From: Nitrososphaerota archaeon
GTDB taxonomy: Archaea > Thermoproteota > Nitrososphaeria_A > Caldarchaeales > Caldarchaeaceae
Length of the DNA stretch: 60,216 nucleotides
Direction of reading: 5' to 3'
Assembly (NCBI GenBank): GCA_038891515.1
Contig: JAWAEB010000001.1
Span: forward strand, 1-60,216
Shown here: positions 1-8,537 of the stretch, piece by piece
Position numbering within the stretch: position 1 is the first letter of the stretch
How the letters are laid out: each line of letters starts with the position of its first letter
Made by a program: the position numbers and the translations under genes
The notes under the pieces: model-generated
What the model was told of the DNA's origin: nothing
Databases searched by the model: none
What the model saw: only the letters and a program-made list of their open reading frames with translations

Positions 1-1
1 G

Positions 2-250
2 CCGGGGGCTTATGAGAGGGGGGCATTCAGAAGGGGGACTGAGATGGTTTATAGGTCCCTCTCAAGGACTAGGGCGGCCACTCTAATAGGAGGCGGCGAT
101 TCTGTAACTGTTATCGAGAAGATGGGTATGAGGTTAAGCGACTTCACCTACGTCAGTCTGGGAGGTGGAGCGCTAATATCATTCCTCTCCGGCGAGCACA
201 TGCCCGGCCTCTCAGCCCTTGAGAGATGGGCGCAACACCACCGAAGATGA
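2..250 (+). CDS. pgk: phosphoglycerate kinase, C-terminal fragment (5' end lies outside the window)
   Basis: Frame-2 ORF is open to the window edge. LIGGGDSVTVIEKMG...YVSLGGGALISFLSGEHMPGLSAL resembles the conserved C-terminal GGGD and (S/T)GGGA..FL.G..LPG segments of PGK. Confidence 0.8.
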   Translation, partial: PGAYERGAFRRGTEMVYRSLSRTRAATLIGGGDSVTVIEKMGMRLSDFTYVSLGGGALISFLSGEHMPGLSALERWAQHHRR

Positions 251-296
251 TGCCGAATCTCTTAAATGGTCCCGCTAAATCCATATTGTTTAGAAA

Positions 297-704
297 ATGG
301 GCGAATACACCATCACGTTCAAAGGGGAGAAGTTTGACATCTCATTAGAGACGGAGAGTAGGGATGAGCTGCTGTCAGGGCTTGAGGATCTTCTAACTCT
401 GTATAACCAAATCTCAGTCCGCATTAAAGATCTCAGATCTCCGACTGCTACACCGACTTCGTCTAGGCGTAGAAGGGGAAGGTCAGAAGCTGTGGAGGTC
501 CTGCGCCATCTTGAGGAGAAGATAATCACAACCAACTTCTTTAAACAGCCCAGATCAACGTCTGATGTGCGTGCCAAGCTTAAGGAGGTGGTGGGTGTGC
601 TATTCCAGAGTAGGAAGGTAAGCCAAGCCCTGGGGATACTCCACGGTAGGGGAGCTCTGTCTAGAGTGGGTCAGAGGGGCTCCTACAAATACTACGTGAG
701 GTAG
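297..704 (+). CDS. hypothetical protein, possible C-terminal winged-helix
   Basis: 135-aa ORF ending 2 nt before the ctaB start. The C-terminal half (FFKQPRSTSDVRAKLKE...SRKVSQALGILHGRGALSRVGQRGSYKY) looks wHTH-like. No family recognised. Confidence 0.45.
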   Translation: MGEYTITFKGEKFDISLETESRDELLSGLEDLLTLYNQISVRIKDLRSPTATPTSSRRRRGRSEAVEVLRHLEEKIITTNFFKQPRSTSDVRAKLKEVVGVLFQSRKVSQALGILHGRGALSRVGQRGSYKYYVR

Positions 705-706
705 CG

Positions 707-1597
707 ATGCATAGCTTGACAGCTACTGGTCTCCTGACCACGGCGAAAATATACTTCGGCCTAACCAAGCCCAACGTCTGGTGGCTCCTAGTCTTCACAG
801 GTCTCGCTGGACTCGTGGCAGGTGCAGGCGGAATCCCAGACCCTTTTACAGCCGCACTGGCAGTAGTCACAATCACGACGGGCTCAGCTGGGTCTGAGAC
901 GGTCTCCAACTATCTTGAGAGAGATATAGACGCCGTCATGAGGAGGACTGCTCGGCGGGCCCTGCCTAGGGGGTTGGTTAAGCCTGAATGGAAGGCTCTA
1001 TTGCTGGGCCTTGTCCTACTGGCGGTCTCCCTAGCGACAGCAGTCTTCATTAATCTCCTGACCTTCGTCTTCATGCTGGCCGGCATGCTAGACTATCTGC
1101 TCGTTTACATAATCTTCACCAAGAGAAGGTCTCCCATAAATATAATTCTAGGCGGCTTCGCAGGTGGCGCACCACTGATGGCGGGTTATGCGGCAGCCTC
1201 TGGCGAGGCTACGTTGGAGGCTTGGATTCTGGCCAGCTTGATAGTTCTCTGGATTCCCGCCCATGTTTGGAGCCTAGCTCTGAGGTATAAGGAGGACTAT
1301 ATGAGGGCTGGCGTACCCATGCTGCCTGTGGTGTTAAGTGAGAGGAGGGCCATACGCTGTATCGCCTCAACGGTCATACTCTTCATAATCTTCTCAGCAG
1401 CGCCCTATCTCCTTTACCCGTCCAAGTATGGCCTGCTCTACCTAGTGGTGGCGGGGATAAGCGGTGCAGCCCTCACCTGCTATAGCTTCCGCCTTATCCT
1501 CAAGCCCACCAAGGAGAATGCGTGGAGGCTCTTCAGGCTCACCAGCCCCCAGCTGGCCATCTTAATGGCTGCAGTGATTATCGAAAACCTCCTCTAG
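707..1597 (+). CDS. ctaB: protohaem IX farnesyltransferase (haem O synthase), UbiA superfamily
   Basis: 296 aa, polytopic. LTKPNVWWLLVFTGLAG N-terminus and NYLERDIDAVMRRTARRALPRG prenyltransferase motif are typical of CtaB/CyoE. Confidence 0.8.
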   Translation: MHSLTATGLLTTAKIYFGLTKPNVWWLLVFTGLAGLVAGAGGIPDPFTAALAVVTITTGSAGSETVSNYLERDIDAVMRRTARRALPRGLVKPEWKALLLGLVLLAVSLATAVFINLLTFVFMLAGMLDYLLVYIIFTKRRSPINIILGGFAGGAPLMAGYAAASGEATLEAWILASLIVLWIPAHVWSLALRYKEDYMRAGVPMLPVVLSERRAIRCIASTVILFIIFSAAPYLLYPSKYGLLYLVVAGISGAALTCYSFRLILKPTKENAWRLFRLTSPQLAILMAAVIIENLL

Positions 1598-2592
1598 CCA
1601 CCTATCGTATACATAGGCCTAACGTGCTGGGCCATCAAGCTGTTTTTCAGCATGAACTCGACGCCGGGAGACTTGAGCTTAAAGACATCCCTGATGAAAT
1701 TCTCCAGCATCTCATCAGAAGCACCACCCCTCAAGAGTGGCTTGATATCATACTCATCCCTGCTGAAGAGGCATGGAACAATCTTTCCATCGGCGGTCAT
1801 CCGAATTCTGTCGCAGTCACCGCAGAATGGCTGGGTCATTGAGGTAATGATGTTGATTTCGCCTGGGCTCCCATCCTTGAACCTGTAGGATGACGCAGTG
1901 CTACCTGGCTCTCGAGGCATCTTTTCCAGCCGATAAGCACGCCCAATCCTCTCAATTATCTCGTCTCCGCTCACGACCAGATCTGGCCTCCACATCCTCC
2001 GACCGTCGAACGGCATATACTCTATGAATCGGACGACCAGTCCGCTCTCCCTTGCCAGACCCACGAAGTCTAATATCTCGTCATCATTGCACCCGCGTGT
2101 CACCACACAGTTTATTTTTACAGGGTTGAGTCCAGCCTCCACCGAGCGCCTTATCCCCTCCAAGACACGGCTGAACACATCCTTCCTGCCAACTATTGCT
2201 TCAAACCTCTCGGGCTTGAGACTGTGGAGGCTTATGGTGACGCTATGCAGACCAGCTTCCCTGAGCGGTTTGGCCATCTCCCCCATCAGGTAGCCGTTGC
2301 TGGTGAGGGAGATGCTCCCAACACCCTCCACACATCTCAGTAGGTTGACCAGCTTGGGCAGATCCCTACGCATCAGTGGCTCTCCACCCGTCAGCCTTAC
2401 TGTATCCACACCCATCGCCGCCAAAACCGAGGCGACCCTAACAATCTCCTCGAATGTGAGTATCTCACTATGCGGAAGCCATACAGGCTGGCTGGGCATG
2501 CAGAAACTGCATCTAAAGTTGCACCTATCGGTCACGGAGAGCCGCAGCTTCCGAGCTATCCTTCCAAGCCCGTCGGCTAGGGGCCGTCTCAT
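1594..2592 (-). CDS. moaA: GTP 3',8-cyclase MoaA (radical SAM, molybdenum cofactor biosynthesis)
   Basis: CNFRCSFC radical-SAM cluster motif, LTGGEPLMR, and C-terminal FCGDCDRIRMTADGKIVPCLF second-cluster motif. Its 3' end overlaps the ctaB 3' end by 4 nt (convergent). Confidence 0.9.
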   Translation of the reverse strand: MRRPLADGLGRIARKLRLSVTDRCNFRCSFCMPSQPVWLPHSEILTFEEIVRVASVLAAMGVDTVRLTGGEPLMRRDLPKLVNLLRCVEGVGSISLTSNGYLMGEMAKPLREAGLHSVTISLHSLKPERFEAIVGRKDVFSRVLEGIRRSVEAGLNPVKINCVVTRGCNDDEILDFVGLARESGLVVRFIEYMPFDGRRMWRPDLVVSGDEIIERIGRAYRLEKMPREPGSTASSYRFKDGSPGEINIITSMTQPFCGDCDRIRMTADGKIVPCLFSRDEYDIKPLLRGGASDEMLENFIRDVFKLKSPGVEFMLKNSLMAQHVRPMYTIGG

Positions 2593-2617
2593 CTTCCATG
2601 GAGTCCCTTTAGCCGGT

Positions 2618-2727
2618 TAAAAAATGTGATGGGGTTCTTTGGGGATCATCGCACCCAAGCCCCTCGCGGGTTCATTGGAGCCTCGTCGGTCTGGTCCCCG
2701 TTCGTGTGAGCCCACCCCATTCACAGA
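2618..2727 (-). ncRNA. candidate structured RNA (independent sRNA or cis-regulatory leader of moaA)
   Basis: Minus-strand reading gives four nested helices:
- P1: UGUGAAUGGGG (2725-2715) with CCCCAUCACA (2634-2625), 10 bp with one bulged A.
- P2: GGGGA (2699-2695) with UCCCC (2645-2641).
- P3: UCCAA (2679-2675) with UUGGG (2658-2654).
- P4: CCC-GCGA-GGG hairpin (2670-2661) with a GNRA loop.
P1 is followed directly by U6 (2624-2619). An AT palindrome lies upstream at 2741-2750. There is no convincing ORF. Confidence 0.35.
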
Positions 2728-2740
2728 GGAAGGGAGGATC

Positions 2741-2750
2741 AATTAATTAA
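2741..2750 (-). promoter_or_regulatory. AT-rich palindromic box aattaattaa, candidate TATA element for the minus-strand RNA element / moaA leader
   Basis: Perfect 10-nt AT palindrome about 20-25 nt upstream (minus sense) of the 5' arm of the closing stem at 2725. Confidence 0.3.
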
Positions 2751-2761
2751 CGTCTACGGCA

Positions 2762-2806
2762 GACTATACATAGACTATAGCCCTCTTAACCTAAGCCACG
2801 ACTATA
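2762..2806. repeat. three direct copies of GACTATA
   Basis: gactata occurs at 2762-2768, 2773-2779 and 2800-2806, inside an AT-rich, ORF-poor spacer (2741-3369). Confidence 0.6.
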
Positions 2807-3293
2807 CACCATCTATGCTTAGCTTCAGAAGCTATCTTCACTTCTTCAGAGACCTTCCTAGCCAAATCATGTAGGGTAGACTTGCTTATAGTCTCCAGAG
2901 CAATGCTTAGAACCAACCCTCCTACAGATTCCATGAAACATATACTCCTATACAGCTAAAACCCCGACCTCGCAGCTTTTTATTATGGTCAAAACAACTT
3001 GAGACGAGGGCCACAACATCCATACAACAAAGATAACTCCCGGCCTTTAAATATACCACTTATCCGGACACTACCGTGGTTGCACGTGAAATAGCTCATA
3101 TATTCATAAAGAGACATACTGGGGAAAGGTCGAATTAATGTACCCAAGCTATGAAAAAGTAAAAAATCCTTGATGAATATAGTGATATTATCTCCAACAG
3201 GTGGGTAGTATCCACAACAGATCAAAAATTCTAACAACTGTATTTCCTATTTCGCGTATAAGAACTATGTATATTCGTTCTTCGCTGTGTATT

Positions 3294-3318
3294 CCCTATG
3301 TATTGGATATACATAGGG
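3294..3318. repeat. perfect 10-bp inverted repeat (hairpin), core of a longer imperfect palindrome
   Basis: ccctatgtat (3294-3303), tggat, atacataggg (3309-3318). Outer arms attcgttct (3273-3281) and agaacgaat (3336-3344) are also complementary. Lies about 50 nt downstream of the cytochrome b stop. Confidence 0.7.
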
Positions 3319-3369
3319 AGGAATAAAATGTGAATAGAACGAATAGACCGCATGTTGGGCTTATGGGCT

Positions 3370-4716
3370 CTACTTTATCTGGCCCATGGCATGCCTGTAG
3401 ATATGGGCCGCGAGCCCGAAGATGGCTAGGGCCACGCCTAGGTTGAATAGGGATAGGTTCTTCAAACCTTCGATATACTGCTGGAAAGCCAGCAGTCCAA
3501 AAATACCTATAACCGCCAGAAGACCCACTATGAGCCTCACAGACCACTCATACGGTAGCTGGATCGTTATCGGTCTAGGCTTGGGTGCCGGCCTAGCTGG
3601 CTCAGACCTTGGAGGTGCTATGAACTTATAGCTTATCAAGAATGAGATGGCTATGAGAAAGAGGAGGGCTGGATAAAATACCAGAGGCTCCACATACACC
3701 GCTGTAAAGGCGTCAACCCGGGGGACCGTGTAGAAACCCCAGACGGTGGTCACTATGATCAGCACAAGCCCGGATACGCCAGCTGCTGTGAAGAAGGGTC
3801 TCTCCCGCCAGCTCAGCTTCTTAGACCTGTCCACAAAGGGTACGAGAAGGAAGAAGAGGATGAAGAGGAGGGGTAGGAGGGCGCCGGAAGTGAACCTCTC
3901 CAGTCCCGTTCTGATGAAGGCGTAGATGCCGGTGAGGTACCATTCAGGAACCTCAACTATGGCCTGTGTGGGGTTGTATTTTGTGCCCAGCTCAACCGGG
4001 AAGAGACCAGCTCCGATGAATAGGGCGCCGAGGATACCTGCCACCACCGGTGGGTCGAAGACTAGGTTGCGGGGAAAGTGGACTAGAGCCAGAAGGAGCA
4101 TCACCATAGGCAGTATGAATACATGGAGTGCGTAGAATCTGACTATTAGGTCGTATAGGCCTCCGCCCAGTAGTATGGGTGCTATCTGTGGGCCTAATAT
4201 GGGCGCCGAGTTGGTGAGACCCACCGCTATGTTGACAGCCAGCATGGCCCTCTGGTTGAGTATAAGGTCATATCCCGTGAAGGCTTCCAAGACCGTGACC
4301 GTCCCTAGTATGACACCTGTGACCCATAATATCTCATTCTTCACCTTATAGCGGCCGCTGAAGTATTGGTAAAACATGTGGGCTATGGCGAGCAGGACCA
4401 TCATGTTGGATGCGTGGTAGTGTATGTTGCGTAGGAAGAATCCGAACTCTATCTCATCCTGTATCTCCTTGACACTCTCATAGGCTGTCTGCACGTCAGG
4501 CCTATAGTAGAACATCAGAAGGGCTCCAGTTATCCCAAGTACAGCGAAGACCACGGCTGTTAGGGTGCCTAGATAGCCGAATGGACTGACGAACAGCCTT
4601 GGAACCTGGAATCTAAAGGAGAGGAGGGGTGTCCTCTCAAGCCTATCCACCAGCCACTTGATAAATTCGTCAAAAACCCTCCCCAGGGGACCGGGCTCCT
4701 CAGCCTTCTGGGTCAC
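3370..4716 (-). CDS. cytochrome b-like membrane protein (bc-complex / SoxC-SoxN type)
   Basis: 448 aa, polytopic. FLRNIHYHASNMMVLLAIAHMF matches the haem-ligand helix of the cytochrome b N-terminal domain. A second His-bearing helix is FYALHVFILP. Confidence 0.75.
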   Translation of the reverse strand: MTQKAEEPGPLGRVFDEFIKWLVDRLERTPLLSFRFQVPRLFVSPFGYLGTLTAVVFAVLGITGALLMFYYRPDVQTAYESVKEIQDEIEFGFFLRNIHYHASNMMVLLAIAHMFYQYFSGRYKVKNEILWVTGVILGTVTVLEAFTGYDLILNQRAMLAVNIAVGLTNSAPILGPQIAPILLGGGLYDLIVRFYALHVFILPMVMLLLALVHFPRNLVFDPPVVAGILGALFIGAGLFPVELGTKYNPTQAIVEVPEWYLTGIYAFIRTGLERFTSGALLPLLFILFFLLVPFVDRSKKLSWRERPFFTAAGVSGLVLIIVTTVWGFYTVPRVDAFTAVYVEPLVFYPALLFLIAISFLISYKFIAPPRSEPARPAPKPRPITIQLPYEWSVRLIVGLLAVIGIFGLLAFQQYIEGLKNLSLFNLGVALAIFGLAAHIYRHAMGQIK

Positions 4717-5433
4717 TGCCTATCGCCTACCAGGCTACCGTTTCCATAATTTAAACCGTTCCAATGTCTTACCACAGCTAGTGTCTGCCACGCTTGGCCA
4801 TCAAAAGTGCTATTACTTCAGCCAAAACTACTTTTACCAGCGGGTTCGGCATGAGGGGTATGTTAAAGATAGTGACCCCCCAAGCGTGGACCTCACAGCA
4901 TATACAGGCGGTGACAGGTTTCCGGCTGTGAGTAGTGTGGAGAAGAGCAGGAAGGGGGCTAAGATGTTGGGGCTGTTATCCCAGATATCACGCGTTGAAG
5001 ACAACCATGAGAGGTATGGCCTGAGATGGGAGGGGCTCGGGCGGTAGATTTCTGACAGCCCAAGACATATATGGCTGGGAAAACTGTAGAGAATATGAGA
5101 ATTGTCAGGTCTAACCCTGCGAAGGAGCCGGTCGTTCTCATCAGCTCCACGATGGTTTGCATGTAGCAGTGTCTCCCGACAGGACTGTGGTGAGGCCTAG
5201 ATTGTAGATCTAGGGGCGGCACGACCGTCAGAACCCTCTTCACCCACATGGCGGCTCGGAGAATAACCGTAGCCACCAAGACATGAACCTTGAATATCCT
5301 TAATATAGGTATCAGGAGTACAACTCTAGAGAGCATGGGTGAAGACAGCATATAATATGTGAAGATGCTGCAGTGGCCTGTCCAAATGGTTTGGGAACAG
5401 CGATATCTTCTGCGACAGCATCTTAACCACTTC

Positions 5434-5491
5434 TATGATACTGCTTATCCGGTCCGCTTATATACAGATTAGTCCTAGAGGCAGTATCATA
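5434..5491. repeat. 11-bp perfect inverted repeat bracketing a TATA-like box
   Basis: tatgatactgc (5434-5444) and gcagtatcata (5481-5491) flank cttatatac (5457-5465), upstream of the ABM-like gene. Confidence 0.6.
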
Positions 5492-5535
5492 CATTGAGGT
5501 GAAGACTTATCTCAGGGCTTCGTTTGGCTCCAAAC

Positions 5536-5823
5536 ATGATTGTAAGGGTTTGGCGGTGTAGAATTTCATCTGTGGAGGGGTTTCGAAGGTTCACACACGA
5601 GGATGCACTTCCAATCCTGAGGAGGCAGGACGGGTGTATGTCCGCTGTTGTGGGGGTGGATGACTCGCAGAACGGTGTAGTGGTGACGGTTTGGCGGGAC
5701 CTCGACACACTCAAAAGATTCGCAGGCGAGCAGTGGGCGGAGCCGGTCATACATCCCAACGAGGTTGGACTATTGGTCGGGACGCCCAACGTGGAGCATT
5801 ACAGTCTTGTGGGAATGCTATAG
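5536..5823 (+). CDS. antibiotic-biosynthesis-monooxygenase (ABM/Dabb)-like small protein
   Basis: About 95 aa. MIVRVWRCRI...FRRFTHEDALPILRRQDGCMS...VVVTVWRDLDTLKRFAGEQW has the ferredoxin-like ABM pattern. The track start is TTG 5524; ATG 5536 is preferred but uncertain. Confidence 0.5.
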   Translation: MIVRVWRCRISSVEGFRRFTHEDALPILRRQDGCMSAVVGVDDSQNGVVVTVWRDLDTLKRFAGEQWAEPVIHPNEVGLLVGTPNVEHYSLVGML

Positions 5824-6420
5824 TTGCGCCCGAGATACCTCATAGGGGTAGACCTTGCAGCTTCACCAAGGAACCCCACCGGCATCTGCCTAATGACAGA
5901 CAAGCTCACCTGTCTGACGTGGACAGCCTTCACAGACCAGCAAATACTGGAGACCGTGGCCTACTACCGTCCCGCAGTCACAGCCTTTGACGCACCTCTC
6001 AGCAGACCCATATTAGGAGGTCTTAGGAGATGTGAGAGGGAGCTGATACGTGAGGGTATAAGACTGTTGCCACAGACACTAAGCCCGATGAAGCGGCTGG
6101 CCATGAGAGGTATGAGACTGGCTGAAAGGGTCAGACGTATGGGCTCGACCGTGCTGGAGACATATCCGAGGGGTGTCCAGCGGCTTCTCGGCTTCAGCAT
6201 CTCCAGGAGGCCTAGACATGGAGTGAGTATGTTGAGAAAGCTGGGTGTGGCGGGGTTGCAGCCCCACCCCTCTATACACGAGGCTGACGCTGCCATCTGC
6301 GCTTTCCTAGCCTATCTCTGGTTGAATGGCTTAACAAAAGAGTATGGCGATAAACGTGAGAAGTTCATCACGATGCCTAAATCCTCAGCCCGCCGCCATC
6401 TCCTTTTCAAGAGACTTTGA
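5824..6420 (+). CDS. predicted RNase H-fold nuclease-like protein (DUF429-like)
   Basis: 198 aa, TTG start directly after the ABM stop. YLIGVDLAASPRNPTGICLM ... AFDAPLS ... HEADAAICAFLAYLW resembles the archaeal DUF429/COG2410 pattern. Assigned from memory only. Confidence 0.4.
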   Translation: MRPRYLIGVDLAASPRNPTGICLMTDKLTCLTWTAFTDQQILETVAYYRPAVTAFDAPLSRPILGGLRRCERELIREGIRLLPQTLSPMKRLAMRGMRLAERVRRMGSTVLETYPRGVQRLLGFSISRRPRHGVSMLRKLGVAGLQPHPSIHEADAAICAFLAYLWLNGLTKEYGDKREKFITMPKSSARRHLLFKRL

Positions 6421-7674
6421 AAGCCTAGTGATAGCTGTGGAGGCTAGGAGAGAGACTATGAATGAGGGTATGCTGGCTCCCACCGATGGTGCGAGCTGGA
6501 CTATTGAGATGTAGGCCACAATACCCAGTGACCATGCAGCAATGTTGCCGTACCTGACCCCCGAGGCTCTGTAGAAGCTTTCAACAGAGGTTATCTTCCT
6601 ACCACTAGTGAAGTACTCGGCTGCCAAGACACCCAAGAGAGGGACAAACACAGAGCCTATGAATAGCAAGAACCACTCATACTGGAGCAGGGGAACAGTG
6701 AGGGCGAGAGCCACACCAGCCGCCGTCGTAACAGCCACAAGCTTCCACTGCCTAACTTTTGGGAATATGTTCTGAATTGAGACGGCTGTCGAGTATATGT
6801 CTGCGAACGCATTATCAGTCTCGTCCACTAATATGAGTATGAGGGCGGCGTTCCCAAGGAAGAGCAGGCCTATTGAGGATATGATGTCACCCGTGCCTAG
6901 GACGGCCACCAAGGCAGCACCCAGCACATAAAACCAAGTATTGGAGACAGTGTAGCCGGCGACCGTTCCGAGGAAAGCCTTCCTTGGCTGAATTGCGAAG
7001 CGGTTGTAATCTGAGATGAGTGGCCACCAAGATATGGGCATAGCTACAACTATGTCGAGTGCAAGTAGGAGTGGTATAGTGGGGGATGGGGCTCTTGTCA
7101 TCCAGTTGCCTACGGTAGGTGAGGTGAAGACCGAGTAGGTTATCCAGACTGTCGAAGCGTAGACCAGCCATATGGCATAGCGTTCAAGCCATTTCCGGAC
7201 AACTGCCAAGGGTCCCCCCAAGGCAAGGAACATACACCAAACAGCAAATATAGCTGCCCAGAAGGGGAAGCCAGCGTCACCGAGAAGCCAGTGGGTTATC
7301 GAGCCCGCCGCCTGAGCCATTATCATGATTTCAAAGCCGGTCCAGCCCACCAGCTGGACTATGTTAAGGAATGTGGGTACATAAGAGCCGCGCATACCCA
7401 GCACAGGCCTAAGGCTCACCATTGTGGGCACACCATATCTGCTGCCCATAATACCTGCCAGCCCCAGCATCACACTTCCTATAACTGAGCCTATAATGGA
7501 GACGACCAACACATCCACCAAGCTGAGCGATGAGAGGAAAGACCCAGCAAGGAGAACCAGCAGACCCACACCGAGACTGGACCAGAGCACGAAGTAATCC
7601 AGCCCACCTAGCTGCCTAGCCTCCACAGGAACAGGCTCAGCTCCCCACTCTGGTGGGAGCTTGATTCTTACCAT
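6385..7674 (-). CDS. NCS1-family permease (cytosine/purine/hydantoin/HMP type, CytX/CodB-like)
   Basis: 429 aa, about 12 TM. N-terminal VEARQLGGLDYFVLWSSLGVGLLVL is typical of this family. Confidence 0.7.
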   Translation of the reverse strand: MVRIKLPPEWGAEPVPVEARQLGGLDYFVLWSSLGVGLLVLLAGSFLSSLSLVDVLVVSIIGSVIGSVMLGLAGIMGSRYGVPTMVSLRPVLGMRGSYVPTFLNIVQLVGWTGFEIMIMAQAAGSITHWLLGDAGFPFWAAIFAVWCMFLALGGPLAVVRKWLERYAIWLVYASTVWITYSVFTSPTVGNWMTRAPSPTIPLLLALDIVVAMPISWWPLISDYNRFAIQPRKAFLGTVAGYTVSNTWFYVLGAALVAVLGTGDIISSIGLLFLGNAALILILVDETDNAFADIYSTAVSIQNIFPKVRQWKLVAVTTAAGVALALTVPLLQYEWFLLFIGSVFVPLLGVLAAEYFTSGRKITSVESFYRASGVRYGNIAAWSLGIVAYISIVQLAPSVGASIPSFIVSLLASTAITRLSKSLEKEMAAG

Positions 7675-7696
7675 GGAGGGGCGGGTTCAGCAGCCG

Positions 7697-7703
7697 TATA
7701 TAA
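7697..7703 (-). promoter_or_regulatory. candidate TATA box for the NCS1 permease (leaderless start)
   Basis: tatataa is centred about 26 nt upstream of ATG 7674 on the minus strand. Confidence 0.35.
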
Positions 7704-7962
7704 GACAATGTATAACCAACTTATACGAAATTAGCTTATCACATGGTCCGGTGTCATCTACTCACGCGTCATCAGTTATGACATGCCACCGTTACGACTT
7801 TAGTTCCTCAGAAAATGGCCCATACTGCCTAGTTCGGGGGTGATCCCATTTAACAAAACCCACGGTGAGTTCAGAACTATTGGTGAACTGATTATGATAT
7901 ATTATCCAACTAATTTTTCCTCATACAGGCATTTATGCTAGTCTCACAGTTAACAACATGAT

Positions 7963-8445
7963 ATGAGTGTTGAGAAAAACCCTGAACCAAGAGGGTTCTG
8001 GAGAGACCTAGTAAGTACAGTTGCATTCTTCTCACCAGCCCTTAACCCTCTCCAGAGATATGTGGGCATCAGTTCCAAGGAAATACTAGCCATCATAGGT
8101 GAGGAGATGGGTAGGGAAACCTCCTCCAAATTCTCACAGCTAGATCTGAAAGGTCTCCTATCCCAAATGTCAGAGACTTGGCACATACTCGGCTTGGGGA
8201 GGTTCGAGGTTGTAGGTGAGAATCCACTCACAATCAGAATCTCAAACTGCACAATATGCGGTCAGATACCAGAGCTGGGAAGAACATTTGAATGCAGTTT
8301 CCACGAGGGGTTCATACGTGGCCTTCTCAGCCACCATCTCCGCAAACAGGTTAAAGTAAGGCAGGAGGGCAGCACAGAAGGCGAGTCAGGCACATGGACT
8401 AGGACCTACTCCACCGACATCAGCTTGTCGCCTCTGAATCTTTAA
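7963..8445 (+). CDS. V4R (4-vinyl reductase) domain protein, putative small-molecule binding
   Basis: 160 aa. NCTICGQ...ECSFHEGFIRGLL matches the Cys/His-containing V4R domain (COG1719-like). Confidence 0.6.
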   Translation: MSVEKNPEPRGFWRDLVSTVAFFSPALNPLQRYVGISSKEILAIIGEEMGRETSSKFSQLDLKGLLSQMSETWHILGLGRFEVVGENPLTIRISNCTICGQIPELGRTFECSFHEGFIRGLLSHHLRKQVKVRQEGSTEGESGTWTRTYSTDISLSPLNL

Positions 8446-8537
8446 AGCCTGCCCATTCCAAGAACACGATGATGATGTGAGCGGGTATTTCTGAACTGTG
8501 ATGAAAGTACCCGTTCTGACCAACAAAGCTTATATCA

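Noticed and set aside
2741-3369. The AT-rich, ORF-poor 630-bp spacer as a replication origin, and the two ORFs in it (82 aa at 2989-3237 and 47 aa at 2791-2934, both minus strand).
   Set aside because: I could see no ORB-like repeats (long dyad boxes) and there is no orc1/cdc6 neighbour. The ORFs have odd composition (Cys, Tyr and Phe-rich), no motifs and no obvious ribosome-binding or promoter context. The status of the spacer remains open, but an origin call is unsupported.
4658-5351. ORFs 4658-5047 (+) and 4959-5351 (-) in the gap between cytochrome b and the ABM gene. I also looked here for a Rieske or other bc-complex partner gene.
   Set aside because: Neither product shows recognisable motifs or convincing TM or domain character. 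The two ORFs overlap each other, and the plus-strand one overlaps the cytochrome b 5' end. No Rieske CxH...CxxH motif is found in any frame. The region is left unannotated rather than called.
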